A model generated the notes under the pieces. It saw only the letters and a program-made list of their open reading frames with translations. It was not told the DNA's origin and ran no database searches. A DNA stretch of 64,000 nt from Candidatus Levyibacteriota bacterium (GTDB lineage: Bacteria; Patescibacteriota; Microgenomatia; Levybacterales; UBA12049). Where the stretch lies: the NCBI GenBank assembly GCA_003173895.1, contig PJMG01000005.1, positions 18,275 to 82,274 on the forward strand. The letters run 5' to 3'. Below, piece by piece: positions 20,286-28,358 of the stretch. Position 1 is the first letter of the stretch; each line of letters starts with the position of its first letter. The translations under genes and the position numbers were made by a program.

Positions 20286-20888
20286 ATGTCGCCAGAAAAT
20301 GTAATTGAAAATGAAAATCGCACGTCTAAAGTTATCCATGTTCGAGCACATCATATTTGGCGGACTAAAAATGAATATGCTACTTTATTTTTAAACGCAT
20401 TAGGTGGGAATATTGATCATAGTGCAATAATTGAGCATATATCACATTTAGGTGTAAACGATTCAGAATATAGAGAAGATGTATTTGCTGACATTGACGA
20501 AAATTTTTCAGATGTTTTTGATAAAAGGTTTGATTACTATATGCATTTGGCTGATTTAAAAAACACAGACATTTTGTCTATAGGTGTAGCTAAAGATGGC
20601 ATTTGTGAATCATGTATAATTGGAAAACACTGTTTAAAACGATTTATAACTAAAGATGATAAAACTATCGATATAGTAGAAGAAGAGACATCTCGAGCCA
20701 CAGCATTACTTACTATAATTAGCGCTAGTTTGCCTTTTGAGTTAACAGAAGGTAGAGATTTTAAATGGGTTAAGGAAATTGTTCCATTAGAAGTAAATAA
20801 TGAAATAGTCGATACAGAAGTTGATCAGTTAGAAATTAGAGTGGGTTTAGTAAGGCAGGCTTTTAAGTTAAATCAATATCAAACTTAA
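20286..20888 (+). CDS. Hypothetical protein, possible DUF1284-like metal-binding protein (N-terminus MSPEN)
   Basis: HVRAHH and DGICESC...C motifs. Confidence 0.5.
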   Translation: MSPENVIENENRTSKVIHVRAHHIWRTKNEYATLFLNALGGNIDHSAIIEHISHLGVNDSEYREDVFADIDENFSDVFDKRFDYYMHLADLKNTDILSIGVAKDGICESCIIGKHCLKRFITKDDKTIDIVEEETSRATALLTIISASLPFELTEGRDFKWVKEIVPLEVNNEIVDTEVDQLEIRVGLVRQAFKLNQYQT

Positions 20889-20914
20889 TTCATAATTCTT
20901 GATTCATAATTCTT
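20887..20914. repeat. Heptamer tandem repeat (AATTCAT AATTCTT GATTCAT AATTCTT)
   Basis: Four 7-bp units at the start of the intergenic region. Confidence 0.55.
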
Positions 20915-20934
20915 ACTTGACGTATTATTAATAG

Positions 20935-21894
20935 GTGAAGAAATTTTTAACTCTTTTCTCTTTTGTTTTACTTTTGCTTTTTGCTAGCTACTATTATTTA
21001 AATAGAGCTGGTTATTTAAATAAAAAAATAGTTATCAATTTATCTTCACCTTTGCCGTTCAGTTTGTCCTTAAATCAAAATCCTACTGTTTCTACTTTAG
21101 ATCTTTGGAATCCGACTAAAGCACATGGAGAAAGTGCATCACTGGATTTGACAGCTAAAAGTGCTATTGCTTATGATTTAACTACAAATCAAGTTTTATT
21201 AGATAAAAACCCTACGGAAAAACTTCCCATGGCATCTTTAACTAAGGTTATGACCGCTATAATTGCTTTAGAACATCCGTTGCCATCAAATCAATATTTA
21301 GTCAAATCATCTTATTTAGTAGGCAATGATAGTATGGGATTAGATGTAGGTGAAGTTTTAACTTTAAATGATTTACTTTATGGTTTAGTCTTACATTCAG
21401 GAAATGATGCTGCAGAAACATTAGCAGGAAATTTTCCAGGTGGCAAAACAGCTTTTATAAAAGCTATGAATGATAAAGCTCAAGCTTTAGGGCTTTCAAA
21501 CACACATTTTACTAATCCTACTGGTTTAGAGGGGGATGGTAATCAATATACCACCGCTTATGATTTACTCGTAATTACCCGTTATGCATTAGAAAATTTT
21601 CCTATTTTTGATCAGGTAATTTCCACTTTTGATTACACTATTCCATCTACTTCTACTCACAAAGAATACGATCTAGAAAATGAAACTAACTTACTCACTA
21701 GTTATCCAGGCGTAGTGGGAGTTAAGGATGGATATACAGATGAAGCAGGTTTATGTTTGGATACTTATTTAGACTATAAAGATCATAAAATAATTGCAAT
21801 CATACTTGGTAGTGATGATCGACGAGGTGAAATGAAAGAAATTTTAGATTATTCACTTGAGTCAGAAGGTGTGACTCCCCCACCCCATGATTAA
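20935..21894 (+). CDS. D-alanyl-D-alanine carboxypeptidase (peptidase S11)
   Basis: ASLTK (SxxK), SGN, NPTGL, KDG in place of KTG; N-terminal TM. Confidence 0.9.
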   Translation: MKKFLTLFSFVLLLLFASYYYLNRAGYLNKKIVINLSSPLPFSLSLNQNPTVSTLDLWNPTKAHGESASLDLTAKSAIAYDLTTNQVLLDKNPTEKLPMASLTKVMTAIIALEHPLPSNQYLVKSSYLVGNDSMGLDVGEVLTLNDLLYGLVLHSGNDAAETLAGNFPGGKTAFIKAMNDKAQALGLSNTHFTNPTGLEGDGNQYTTAYDLLVITRYALENFPIFDQVISTFDYTIPSTSTHKEYDLENETNLLTSYPGVVGVKDGYTDEAGLCLDTYLDYKDHKIIAIILGSDDRRGEMKEILDYSLESEGVTPPPHD

Positions 21895-23110
21895 AAAAAT
21901 TTTTCTGACACTCTCAATCCTAATTTTATCTTATTTTTTAATTAGTAATATTTTTATTGGTATAAAAACCATTCCTACAGAAGGAGATAGTGTAGCTTAC
22001 CACATACCAACAGCCAAAAATATTCTGCGTGGGGAAATTTTAAAACCTGATTCTTATTTAGCTTATTATCCCAGTATTGGCGAAATTTTATTAGCCATAT
22101 TTATTTTGTTAAAAATTTCTCTGAATCTCTTTAATGTTTTGGCAGCGATTTGTTTATTTATTTCATGCTTTTTCTTAGCTAAAAAATATAATCTTTCTAA
22201 AGAAAATTCATTTTTCTTTGCATTTTCCATCACTACTTTAAATGTAGTTTTAAGATGGTTAAATGCACAAATTATAGATATTTGGTTAGCAGTTTTTTAT
22301 GTTTGTTCTCTATTAGCTATACTTAATTTAAGTAAAAAATGGCAAAGCTTTTTAATTTTAGGAATTTTTTTAGGATTGCTATTAGGTACTAAATACTCTG
22401 CTCCACTTTTTGTCTTTATTTTAGTTATATTATTCTGGAATAAAATTAAATCAAATTTAAACTTCTCTAATTTTTTAGTTGGAAGTTTTCCATCTTTAAT
22501 TTTAGGTTTATCCTGGTATATAAGAAATTTAATTTTGGTTGATAACCCCTTTTATCCTCAACCATTTTTAATTTTTAAGGGCTATAAACCTTGGGATTTA
22601 TTAAATATCCACATCTATCAAATTTTACTTTTAAAACCCACATTTTTCTTAAACGCTATTATAAGTGAAATTAGTTTCTGGTCAATATTAATTTTTTTAA
22701 TTTCACTTGTATTTAGTTTAAATTATATTGGACGAGATTCTTCGCTTACGCTCAGAATGACAGAAAAGTTTAAGATAATTTTTAACAATTCTCTATTTAA
22801 ATCTCTTTTATTCTTATTTATCCTAAACTTTTTAGGATTTTTAGTTTTGCCTACCATTTTTAGATATTCTAATGTAGTTTCTAGTTTTAGATATTCTCTT
22901 CCAGTCTTTATTCCAGGAATATTATTAATATTTATTATTTTCCAAAAATTAAAAAAGGAAAACTATCTTTATTTTTTAAGTATTGTTAACGCGTTAGTAA
23001 TTCTCATTCCTCCCTATCGTCCTAAAATCACTATTTTTATCTTTTTAATTACTATAATTATTTTTACTATAATTAACAAACTCAGATTTCTTTTATCTAG
23101 AACAATATGA
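21887..23110 (+). CDS. Multi-TM GT-C-type glycosyltransferase (PMT/ArnT-like)
   Basis: GDSVAYH loop, GTKYS, WYIRN...NPFYP, RY motif, many TM helices. Confidence 0.7.
   Translation: MIKKIFLTLSILILSYFLISNIFIGIKTIPTEGDSVAYHIPTAKNILRGEILKPDSYLAYYPSIGEILLAIFILLKISLNLFNVLAAICLFISCFFLAKKYNLSKENSFFFAFSITTLNVVLRWLNAQIIDIWLAVFYVCSLLAILNLSKKWQSFLILGIFLGLLLGTKYSAPLFVFILVILFWNKIKSNLNFSNFLVGSFPSLILGLSWYIRNLILVDNPFYPQPFLIFKGYKPWDLLNIHIYQILLLKPTFFLNAIISEISFWSILIFLISLVFSLNYIGRDSSLTLRMTEKFKIIFNNSLFKSLLFLFILNFLGFLVLPTIFRYSNVVSSFRYSLPVFIPGILLIFIIFQKLKKENYLYFLSIVNALVILIPPYRPKITIFIFLITIIIFTIINKLRFLLSRTI
22734..22761. repeat. 28-bp palindromic-family element within the GT-C coding sequence
   Basis: GAGATTCTTCGCTTACGCTCAGAATGAC (reverse complement starts GTCATTCTGAGCG), encoding RDSSLTLRMT. 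Confidence 0.7.
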
Positions 23111-23371
23111 ACATTCACAATCACATGAGCACCCGTTCATATGTCCACCACCTTGATAACCCATACCACTTTGTGTATGTAACATGACTTTCATCATACC
23201 TTCTAGCTTTGCCACTCTTTCTTTGAGTTTATATATCTTTTTTATGATCATAAAATTAGGTATATCACCACTAAACCATCCTCCATCTCCCATTTCACTT
23301 GGTTCAGAGTCCATCTCTGCGGATGTATCAGTAGTTTGATTTTCATTATCTTTATCTGTTTTATCTGACAT
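23093..23371 (-). CDS. Small protein with acidic N-terminus, coiled coil and Cys-rich tail (CSCDCECSYC)
   Basis: Strong Shine-Dalgarno AAGGGAGGTG just upstream of the 23371 ATG. Confidence 0.7.
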   Translation of the reverse strand: MSDKTDKDNENQTTDTSAEMDSEPSEMGDGGWFSGDIPNFMIIKKIYKLKERVAKLEGMMKVMLHTQSGMGYQGGGHMNGCSCDCECSYCSR

Positions 23372-23511
23372 TTTCTCCACCTCCCTTCTATATTGTTTGT
23401 AATTTAAAAATGTAAGTGGAATAGAATTTTCCAGTAAGAAATAGGTTAAAAAAACTGAATTTTTTTACCTTGCATAAGTTTTAAATTAGTCTATACTAGA
23501 TAAATATTTTT

Positions 23512-23862
23512 ATGAATAATGAAACAATAACTCAAATAGAAAAGCTTGGAAGATTTAACAGTGGTAGATTAAATATTTCTACATATGTTGAAAATATAGT
23601 TCCTCTAAATCCTAGTGAATCTTTAATAGTAGAAGCAAAAATAGAATATTATCTATCTAGAAGAAATTGGTTGAAATTTGTGATAAGTGGGGGTAAGGAT
23701 GATAGTAGAAGAGTTTTAAGAGCAAATATTTTAGATAAAAATATCAGAAAAAATGATATTCCTATTTTTCATAAAGAGGCTATAAAACTTCATTTACCAT
23801 CTGTTACTAGGGTTAAGATTAATCGTGGAGTAGATAATGATGAGCTAGTAAGAATTTATTAA
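23512..23862 (+). CDS. Hypothetical protein
   Basis: 116-aa ORF with TTGCAT/TATACT-like promoter upstream. Confidence 0.55.
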   Translation: MNNETITQIEKLGRFNSGRLNISTYVENIVPLNPSESLIVEAKIEYYLSRRNWLKFVISGGKDDSRRVLRANILDKNIRKNDIPIFHKEAIKLHLPSVTRVKINRGVDNDELVRIY

Positions 23863-23992
23863 TTAATATAACCTAGAATTTTATTGAAAACCTCTACCTC
23901 TCTTGCTATACTATGGAATCTGAAATGCTAAAATTAGAAGCTGGATTTCAAGAAGCCACTCCTTAATAGGTTTAAAGCGAAGTTTTATAATG

Positions 23993-24065
23993 TCGGGGGT
24001 AAAGGACTTGAACCTTCGACCTCACGGTCCCAAACCGCGCGCTCTACCAACTGAGCTAACCCCCG
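23993..24065 (-). tRNA. tRNA-Pro(UGG)
   Basis: Cloverleaf CGGGGGT...ACCCCCG-A, anticodon loop TT-TGG-GA, T loop TTCAAGT; CCA not encoded. Confidence 0.95.
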
Positions 24066-24218
24066 GATGTATACAGATTTTATCATATAATCCATTTACA
24101 TTTAAAGTCGAATAATACATTATGAATTCTACTTAAAGTAAGGTGTCTACTATAGGACTAATTTACATGCACATTTCATTGACGAGGGAATATTTAGGTG
24201 ATATAACCCAAATTAGGT

Positions 24219-24293
24219 ATGAAAAACAATATATTAAATACATTATTATTTTTAGTCGACCCACAGAAGATTATGCTGCTGCGTTTGTTTTAA
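24219..24293 (+). other. Possible leader peptide MKNNILNTLLFLVDPQKIMLLRLF
   Basis: 24-codon ORF (7 Leu) directly upstream of a terminator hairpin. Confidence 0.3.
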
Positions 24294-24320
24294 GTGAATT
24301 TTAAAATTCATATTTAAGAC

Positions 24321-24349
24321 AAACCAGCTTTAAACAGCTGGTTTTTTTA
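24321..24349 (+). terminator. Intrinsic terminator (possible attenuator)
   Basis: AAACCAGCT-TTAAAC-AGCTGGTTT followed by a T run, immediately before an AGGAGA Shine-Dalgarno. Confidence 0.7.
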
Positions 24350-24362
24350 TAGGAGAAATAAT

Positions 24363-24527
24363 ATGACAAAAGATTTTTATAAAATAACTATTTATTTACT
24401 AATTTTAGTAATATACATAATTTTTGTTGATTTTATTTATCCTGATAGTATTCACCAGAATTCTCAAAATACTTTTATTATTGGTAAATTTTTAATTCCT
24501 AAAACCCTCGCGGCTTCAAGTAAATAG
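24363..24527 (+). CDS. Small single-TM protein (54 aa), not in the ORF track
   Basis: AGGAGA SD; MTKDFYKITIYLLILVIYIIFVDFIYPDSIHQNSQNTFIIGKFLIPKTLAASSK. Confidence 0.5.
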   Translation: MTKDFYKITIYLLILVIYIIFVDFIYPDSIHQNSQNTFIIGKFLIPKTLAASSK

Positions 24528-24560
24528 TGTTAAATTACACACATTTGAGTCCTATAATTA

Positions 24561-24589
24561 TTGCATTAGTACATAAAATGTAGTATAAT
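24561..24589 (+). promoter_or_regulatory. Sigma-70 promoter for a leaderless transcript of ORF 24596
   Basis: TTGCAT-N17-TATAAT, 6 nt before the ATG. Confidence 0.65.
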
Positions 24590-24595
24590 TCCCCC

Positions 24596-25015
24596 ATGAA
24601 TTCGGAAATTTTAAAACATACTTTACATCATCCATTAGCTCATCTTAACTTTAGAGGAGCTATAAGAAGAGCAGGAGAAATTGCAAATACTAATAATCCT
24701 GTTTTAGTAACATTACAACTAGAAAGAAAAGATGGTAAAGCCATGGAAGGGATAAATGAGATGTATTGGGACTATTATCTTAGTCTTTTGGTAACATCAG
24801 CAACAGAAAGTTTTAGAATTAGTAGGAGAATAGCTCATAATGATACTGGTTTTAACGATAAAGTTAAAGACAAAGTTTTACGAAGAGTAAATAAGCTAAA
24901 TGAGAGATTAAAAAACTTCAATCTATCTTCCAATGTTTTTAAATATACTTACACACAAGATATGGGTTCTAATTATAGCGTTGTATCTACAACTCCCTGG
25001 ATGAACAAAGATTAA
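24596..25015 (+). CDS. Hypothetical protein
   Basis: 139-aa ORF with its own promoter. Confidence 0.65.
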   Translation: MNSEILKHTLHHPLAHLNFRGAIRRAGEIANTNNPVLVTLQLERKDGKAMEGINEMYWDYYLSLLVTSATESFRISRRIAHNDTGFNDKVKDKVLRRVNKLNERLKNFNLSSNVFKYTYTQDMGSNYSVVSTTPWMNKD

Positions 25016-25051
25016 GTTTAAACCGATAATCTCCTTTACTTGTTTTTAAAC

Positions 25052-25618
25052 TTATTTATTCTCTGTTTTTTGCGCCGATTCCCTTAGAACCCAATTATGT
25101 GATACAGTAGGTTCACTACATAAATTGCGATTAAAACAGCATGGTCTTCTCATGCCTTTATTGAGCTTTGATAGCGCTACTTCTATATGCTTTTGACGCG
25201 TTTCTGGAGTTTTAACTGCACGAACCCAACGAATCCAATCCCAACGGGCCATTGGTGTAATATCTTTCCATAAAGCTTCAGCTTTGGGTGAAGTTGCTAA
25301 TGTTTTTCTTAAATCCTCAGGCACATCAGGTTCTATCCACTCTTTGGTCGGTTCTAGCGAAACTTTTATAATATCGTTCGCTTCTGCGTGAATTTCATCA
25401 AGCAACTTTTTATCAGGCCTAAACCAATGACTTGATCCCTGTCCGGGTACATAATGGCCATCCGGTTCTAGCACTGCCTTAAAAGGGACATTATTTAAAG
25501 TACCCTTAACCATAGTCATTCCTCTGGACGGAAGTTTGGCGCTTGCCTCATTAGGTAGTTTGAGAATTGTCCAGGAATTGATATTAAATAGTTTTGTTTC
25601 AAAACTTATAGTGGACAT
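25052..25618 (-). CDS. DUF1905 plus YdeI/OmdA-like domain protein
   Basis: VKGTLNNVPF, HW, VPEDL...A...W, WVRAVKTPETRQKHI. Confidence 0.8.
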   Translation of the reverse strand: MSTISFETKLFNINSWTILKLPNEASAKLPSRGMTMVKGTLNNVPFKAVLEPDGHYVPGQGSSHWFRPDKKLLDEIHAEANDIIKVSLEPTKEWIEPDVPEDLRKTLATSPKAEALWKDITPMARWDWIRWVRAVKTPETRQKHIEVALSKLNKGMRRPCCFNRNLCSEPTVSHNWVLRESAQKTENK

Positions 25619-25654
25619 ATACTATATGTAGTATACCAAAGATTAAAAATTCTG

Positions 25655-25727
25655 GGTGGCTGACGGGTGATGCTCCCGCTACCTCCTGTTCCACAAACAG
25701 GCGTTCTGCTGTTGAACTACAGCCACC
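25655..25727 (-). tRNA. tRNA-His(GUG) with non-canonical D and T loops
   Basis: G(-1)-GTGGCTG TA GTTC AACAGCA GAAC G CCTGT TT-GTG-GA ACAGG AGGTA GCGGG AGCATCA CCCGT CAGCCAC C; all four stems pair; G-1:C73 His identity element present. Confidence 0.85.
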
Positions 25728-25730
25728 ATA

Positions 25731-26231
25731 TTATTTATTTAATAATAAAGTTAATTTATCAAATTCGTTCTTATAATGATGTACTAAATAGTGACAATTA
25801 CTACAGAGCCAGATTAAGTTAGTAAGATTATTATTTTTTCTATTTTTATCATAATGATGAATCATTAATACTCTTTTATCAGTTGTTTTACATAATATAC
25901 ATACTCGATCTATATTTGAATCAATCAAAATTCTTCTATATGCTGATTCACCGTATTTCCAGTTTTTATGATTTTCTCCTATAAAAACCTTTTCATTTCT
26001 CCAAATTGTTTGACATTGTTTATTGCAAAAATATTTACCACTCTTTGATCTTTTTAGTGCTAAAGGAGATTTATAAACTTTCTTATTACAAATCGAACAA
26101 TTAACTATTTTACCTTTTAAATTGCCTTTATTTCTACATATTGCTGAACAATATTTTCCCCAGCCTTTTTTTATATGACTTGGTTTAGCATAAAATATAT
26201 TTTTACATTCCAGGCATATATTTTTGGGCAT
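25731..26231 (-). CDS. HNH endonuclease with two N-terminal Cys4 (treble-clef/TRASH-like) zinc fingers
   Basis: CLEC...CSAIC, CSIC...CNKQC, then CILC...IHHYDKNRKNNNLTNLIWLCSNCHYLVH; probable start MPKN at 26231 after TTGACA-N18-TATAAA. Confidence 0.9.
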   Translation of the reverse strand: MPKNICLECKNIFYAKPSHIKKGWGKYCSAICRNKGNLKGKIVNCSICNKKVYKSPLALKRSKSGKYFCNKQCQTIWRNEKVFIGENHKNWKYGESAYRRILIDSNIDRVCILCKTTDKRVLMIHHYDKNRKNNNLTNLIWLCSNCHYLVHHYKNEFDKLTLLLNK

Positions 26232-26284
26232 GATTAATTTATAAATCAATATATATTATATTGTCAAAGAACAAGTTTAAATAG

Positions 26285-26318
26285 AAACTGACGCTCTAAC
26301 CATTGAGCTATGGCCACC
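26285..26318 (-). pseudogene. 5' half of a canonical tRNA-His, truncated after U33
   Basis: G-GTGGCCA TA GCTC AATGGTTA GAGC G TCAGT TT, then unrelated AT-rich sequence; intact TGaTATAAT promoter at 26331-26339. Confidence 0.8.
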
Positions 26319-26388
26319 AAACTAGCTTAAATTATATCATTGAATAAGAATATTTTCTATTAAATAAATATTTTATATAATACTTTTT

Positions 26389-26976
26389 ATGGAAGATTTT
26401 AGAGCAATTGGTCCAAACTTAGCAAAACTTATGCCATCTTATCTGGATGGACAAATTAAAACTAGTCCAGAATCTACGGGTTTAGAGATTAAGACACAAG
26501 AATTTTATGCTAATCTAGAAACTATTTTAGATGGTAAAAATTTAAAAGAAGGAACTATTGGAGGTAATGATGAAAATCAAATAAAAGCTTTTGTAGAAAT
26601 AGCTAAAACTTTAGGATTTGGAGAACTTTTTTCTAGTGAGGAATTGCCTCGATATGTTTCATTAAAAATCGGTCGTGTAGAAGATCATTCAAATATTCTA
26701 GGTCTGGTTCTTACTAGTCGTTATGGATGGACTCATAAAGGTACGGATATAACTATGAGCGTTTTAACTTCTCCCAATGCTAGTTTAATTTCTGCGACTT
26801 CAGAACCTAGTAATTTTTCTATACTCAATGAGCCTGACGAAGAAAATACGCCAGAAACTGTTTTGTGGAGACAACATTTGTCTACTGAAGGAGAAATAAC
26901 AGGAATAAGTAAACTCTTAACTGATGGTTTAAGTGGTAGTGCTCCCTATTCTATAGAATGGCTTTCTAGTTTTTAG
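26389..26976 (+). CDS. Hypothetical protein
   Basis: 195-aa ORF, TATAAT 7 nt upstream. Confidence 0.65.
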   Translation: MEDFRAIGPNLAKLMPSYLDGQIKTSPESTGLEIKTQEFYANLETILDGKNLKEGTIGGNDENQIKAFVEIAKTLGFGELFSSEELPRYVSLKIGRVEDHSNILGLVLTSRYGWTHKGTDITMSVLTSPNASLISATSEPSNFSILNEPDEENTPETVLWRQHLSTEGEITGISKLLTDGLSGSAPYSIEWLSSF

Positions 26977-27160
26977 GTTTATCTGCGGGAGGGGAATCTG
27001 GACTAGGAGGATTTAAAGGTTGATCTGGGATTACAGGCTTTTTAAATACATCTCCTCCACGTCTGCGTCGCTCTTGTTCTGCTTGTTTTTTGCTAAGAGC
27101 ATCTGCTAGTTGTTTTGCAATATCTGGGTTTTGTTCTGGTTCTTGAGTATGCATAATCAT
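26966..27160 (-). CDS. Small Pro-rich hypothetical protein
   Basis: Begins 3 nt after the stop of the zeta-like gene; N-terminus MHTQEPEQNP. Confidence 0.45.
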   Translation of the reverse strand: MIMHTQEPEQNPDIAKQLADALSKKQAEQERRRRGGDVFKKPVIPDQPLNPPSPDSPPADKPKN

Positions 27161-27163
27161 ATT

Positions 27164-28261
27164 TTAATCCTCCAGCGTAAGTTTAGCAATTTCACTAAAC
27201 TGCGCTGCCCACTCTAAAACTTTTGGATCACTAACATCTAAAATATTTAATGACTTTGATCCGTTAGATATGTGATTTGAATTATCTATTATTCCAGTTT
27301 GTAAAATAGAATTGGCAGGGAGTCCGTTTATAAGTGTTAAAAAATTAATTAATCCCATTCCACTTTCAATAATAGCTTTTAGTGGAACTGTCCTATCTCT
27401 ATAAATGACTGCTCTTCTTAAACATTCTTCCAAAGGCGTATAAACATAAGTTAAAACTACTTTGTAACCTTTAGCTACACAGTCTAAAATTTGTTCTAAG
27501 TTTTTATCTAATTTTCTAAATGAACCTTCGTAAAATACGTTAAGATTGCGTCTTAAAGCTTCATCAAAAATTTCGTCTGATAAGTGATGCGCTATTTCAC
27601 TACTAGCTTCGATATGAGCCCTATTTTTATGATCATAGCCTGGGATGGCATGTTCTCTAAGAGCATCAGGATCTGCACTAACTATATGAGAATTTTGAAC
27701 TAAAACTCCTTCTCGAGCTAAAGATTTACCTGCTCCCATAGGTCCTGCTAAAATTACTATCATTTTAGGATCTGTAGCTTCCTTTCCGTCTAAAATTTCA
27801 TGTACTATTTGAGCTTTTATATCTTGAAAATCACTATGTGCGAGTCTATCTCTTACCTGTTGGACTAATGTAGTATATTCATCAGATTGAGTTAATTGTC
27901 CTAGTCTAATTTCGGAAATTTTAATAAGATTTCTTAAAGTTTCTAAAGCTTTATTTTGAAGAGCCTTATATGCTTGAAGATATTCTGGAAGAGTTAAACC
28001 CATTTCATGTAGTTTTATCTCTGTATCTAATTCAGAGTTAGTGTATGCATTAATAACATTGGAATTAGTAGTAAGATTTAGTCCATTAGTTTTTAAATGT
28101 TCTAATTCTCCAAATAAGGCTTTTCCTTCTTCTGGATTTTTAATAACGTAAAAATTAGTAGCTATCTCAAGTTCTTCTAAAGAAACCTGAGTACGGGGAG
28201 TTTTTTCTATATCCCTAGTTTGGAGATCAATTCTTGGCAGATTTTGCTCCGTCATATTCAT
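27164..28261 (-). CDS. Zeta-toxin-like P-loop kinase with N-terminal extension
   Basis: ILAGPMGAGKS, SADPDALR, NVFYEGS, GYKVVLTYVYTPLEECLRR..RDRTVP. Confidence 0.75.
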   Translation of the reverse strand: MNMTEQNLPRIDLQTRDIEKTPRTQVSLEELEIATNFYVIKNPEEGKALFGELEHLKTNGLNLTTNSNVINAYTNSELDTEIKLHEMGLTLPEYLQAYKALQNKALETLRNLIKISEIRLGQLTQSDEYTTLVQQVRDRLAHSDFQDIKAQIVHEILDGKEATDPKMIVILAGPMGAGKSLAREGVLVQNSHIVSADPDALREHAIPGYDHKNRAHIEASSEIAHHLSDEIFDEALRRNLNVFYEGSFRKLDKNLEQILDCVAKGYKVVLTYVYTPLEECLRRAVIYRDRTVPLKAIIESGMGLINFLTLINGLPANSILQTGIIDNSNHISNGSKSLNILDVSDPKVLEWAAQFSEIAKLTLED

Positions 28262-28358
28262 TAGTGTCTAAAAAATGACACATTAATATTATAAGCTATT
28301 TTACCTTATTTTGCAAACTTATAGTAAATAGCAAGCAATAGCAGTATAATGGCTTATT

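Noticed and set aside
23913-23966. 17-codon micro-ORF MESEMLKLEAGFQEATP behind a TTGAAA-N17-TATACT promoter
   Set aside because: Too short to support, and the ATG abuts the -10 box; possibly a gene remnant
24150-24215. glmS ribozyme or M-box riboswitch (TTGACGAGG motif)
   Set aside because: Lacks the AGCGCC cleavage-site motif and the other conserved stems; no matching downstream gene
25655-26318. Group I intron (with HNH ORF) interrupting a single tRNA-His
   Set aside because: The downstream tRNA has its own complete 5' half. Joining the upstream half to its 3' half gives two acceptor-stem mismatches and one anticodon-stem mismatch, and there is no room for a ribozyme core.
26270-26318. 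Amber-suppressor tRNA (CTA follows U33 in the fragment)
   Set aside because: No 3' anticodon-stem strand, T arm or acceptor 3' strand follows
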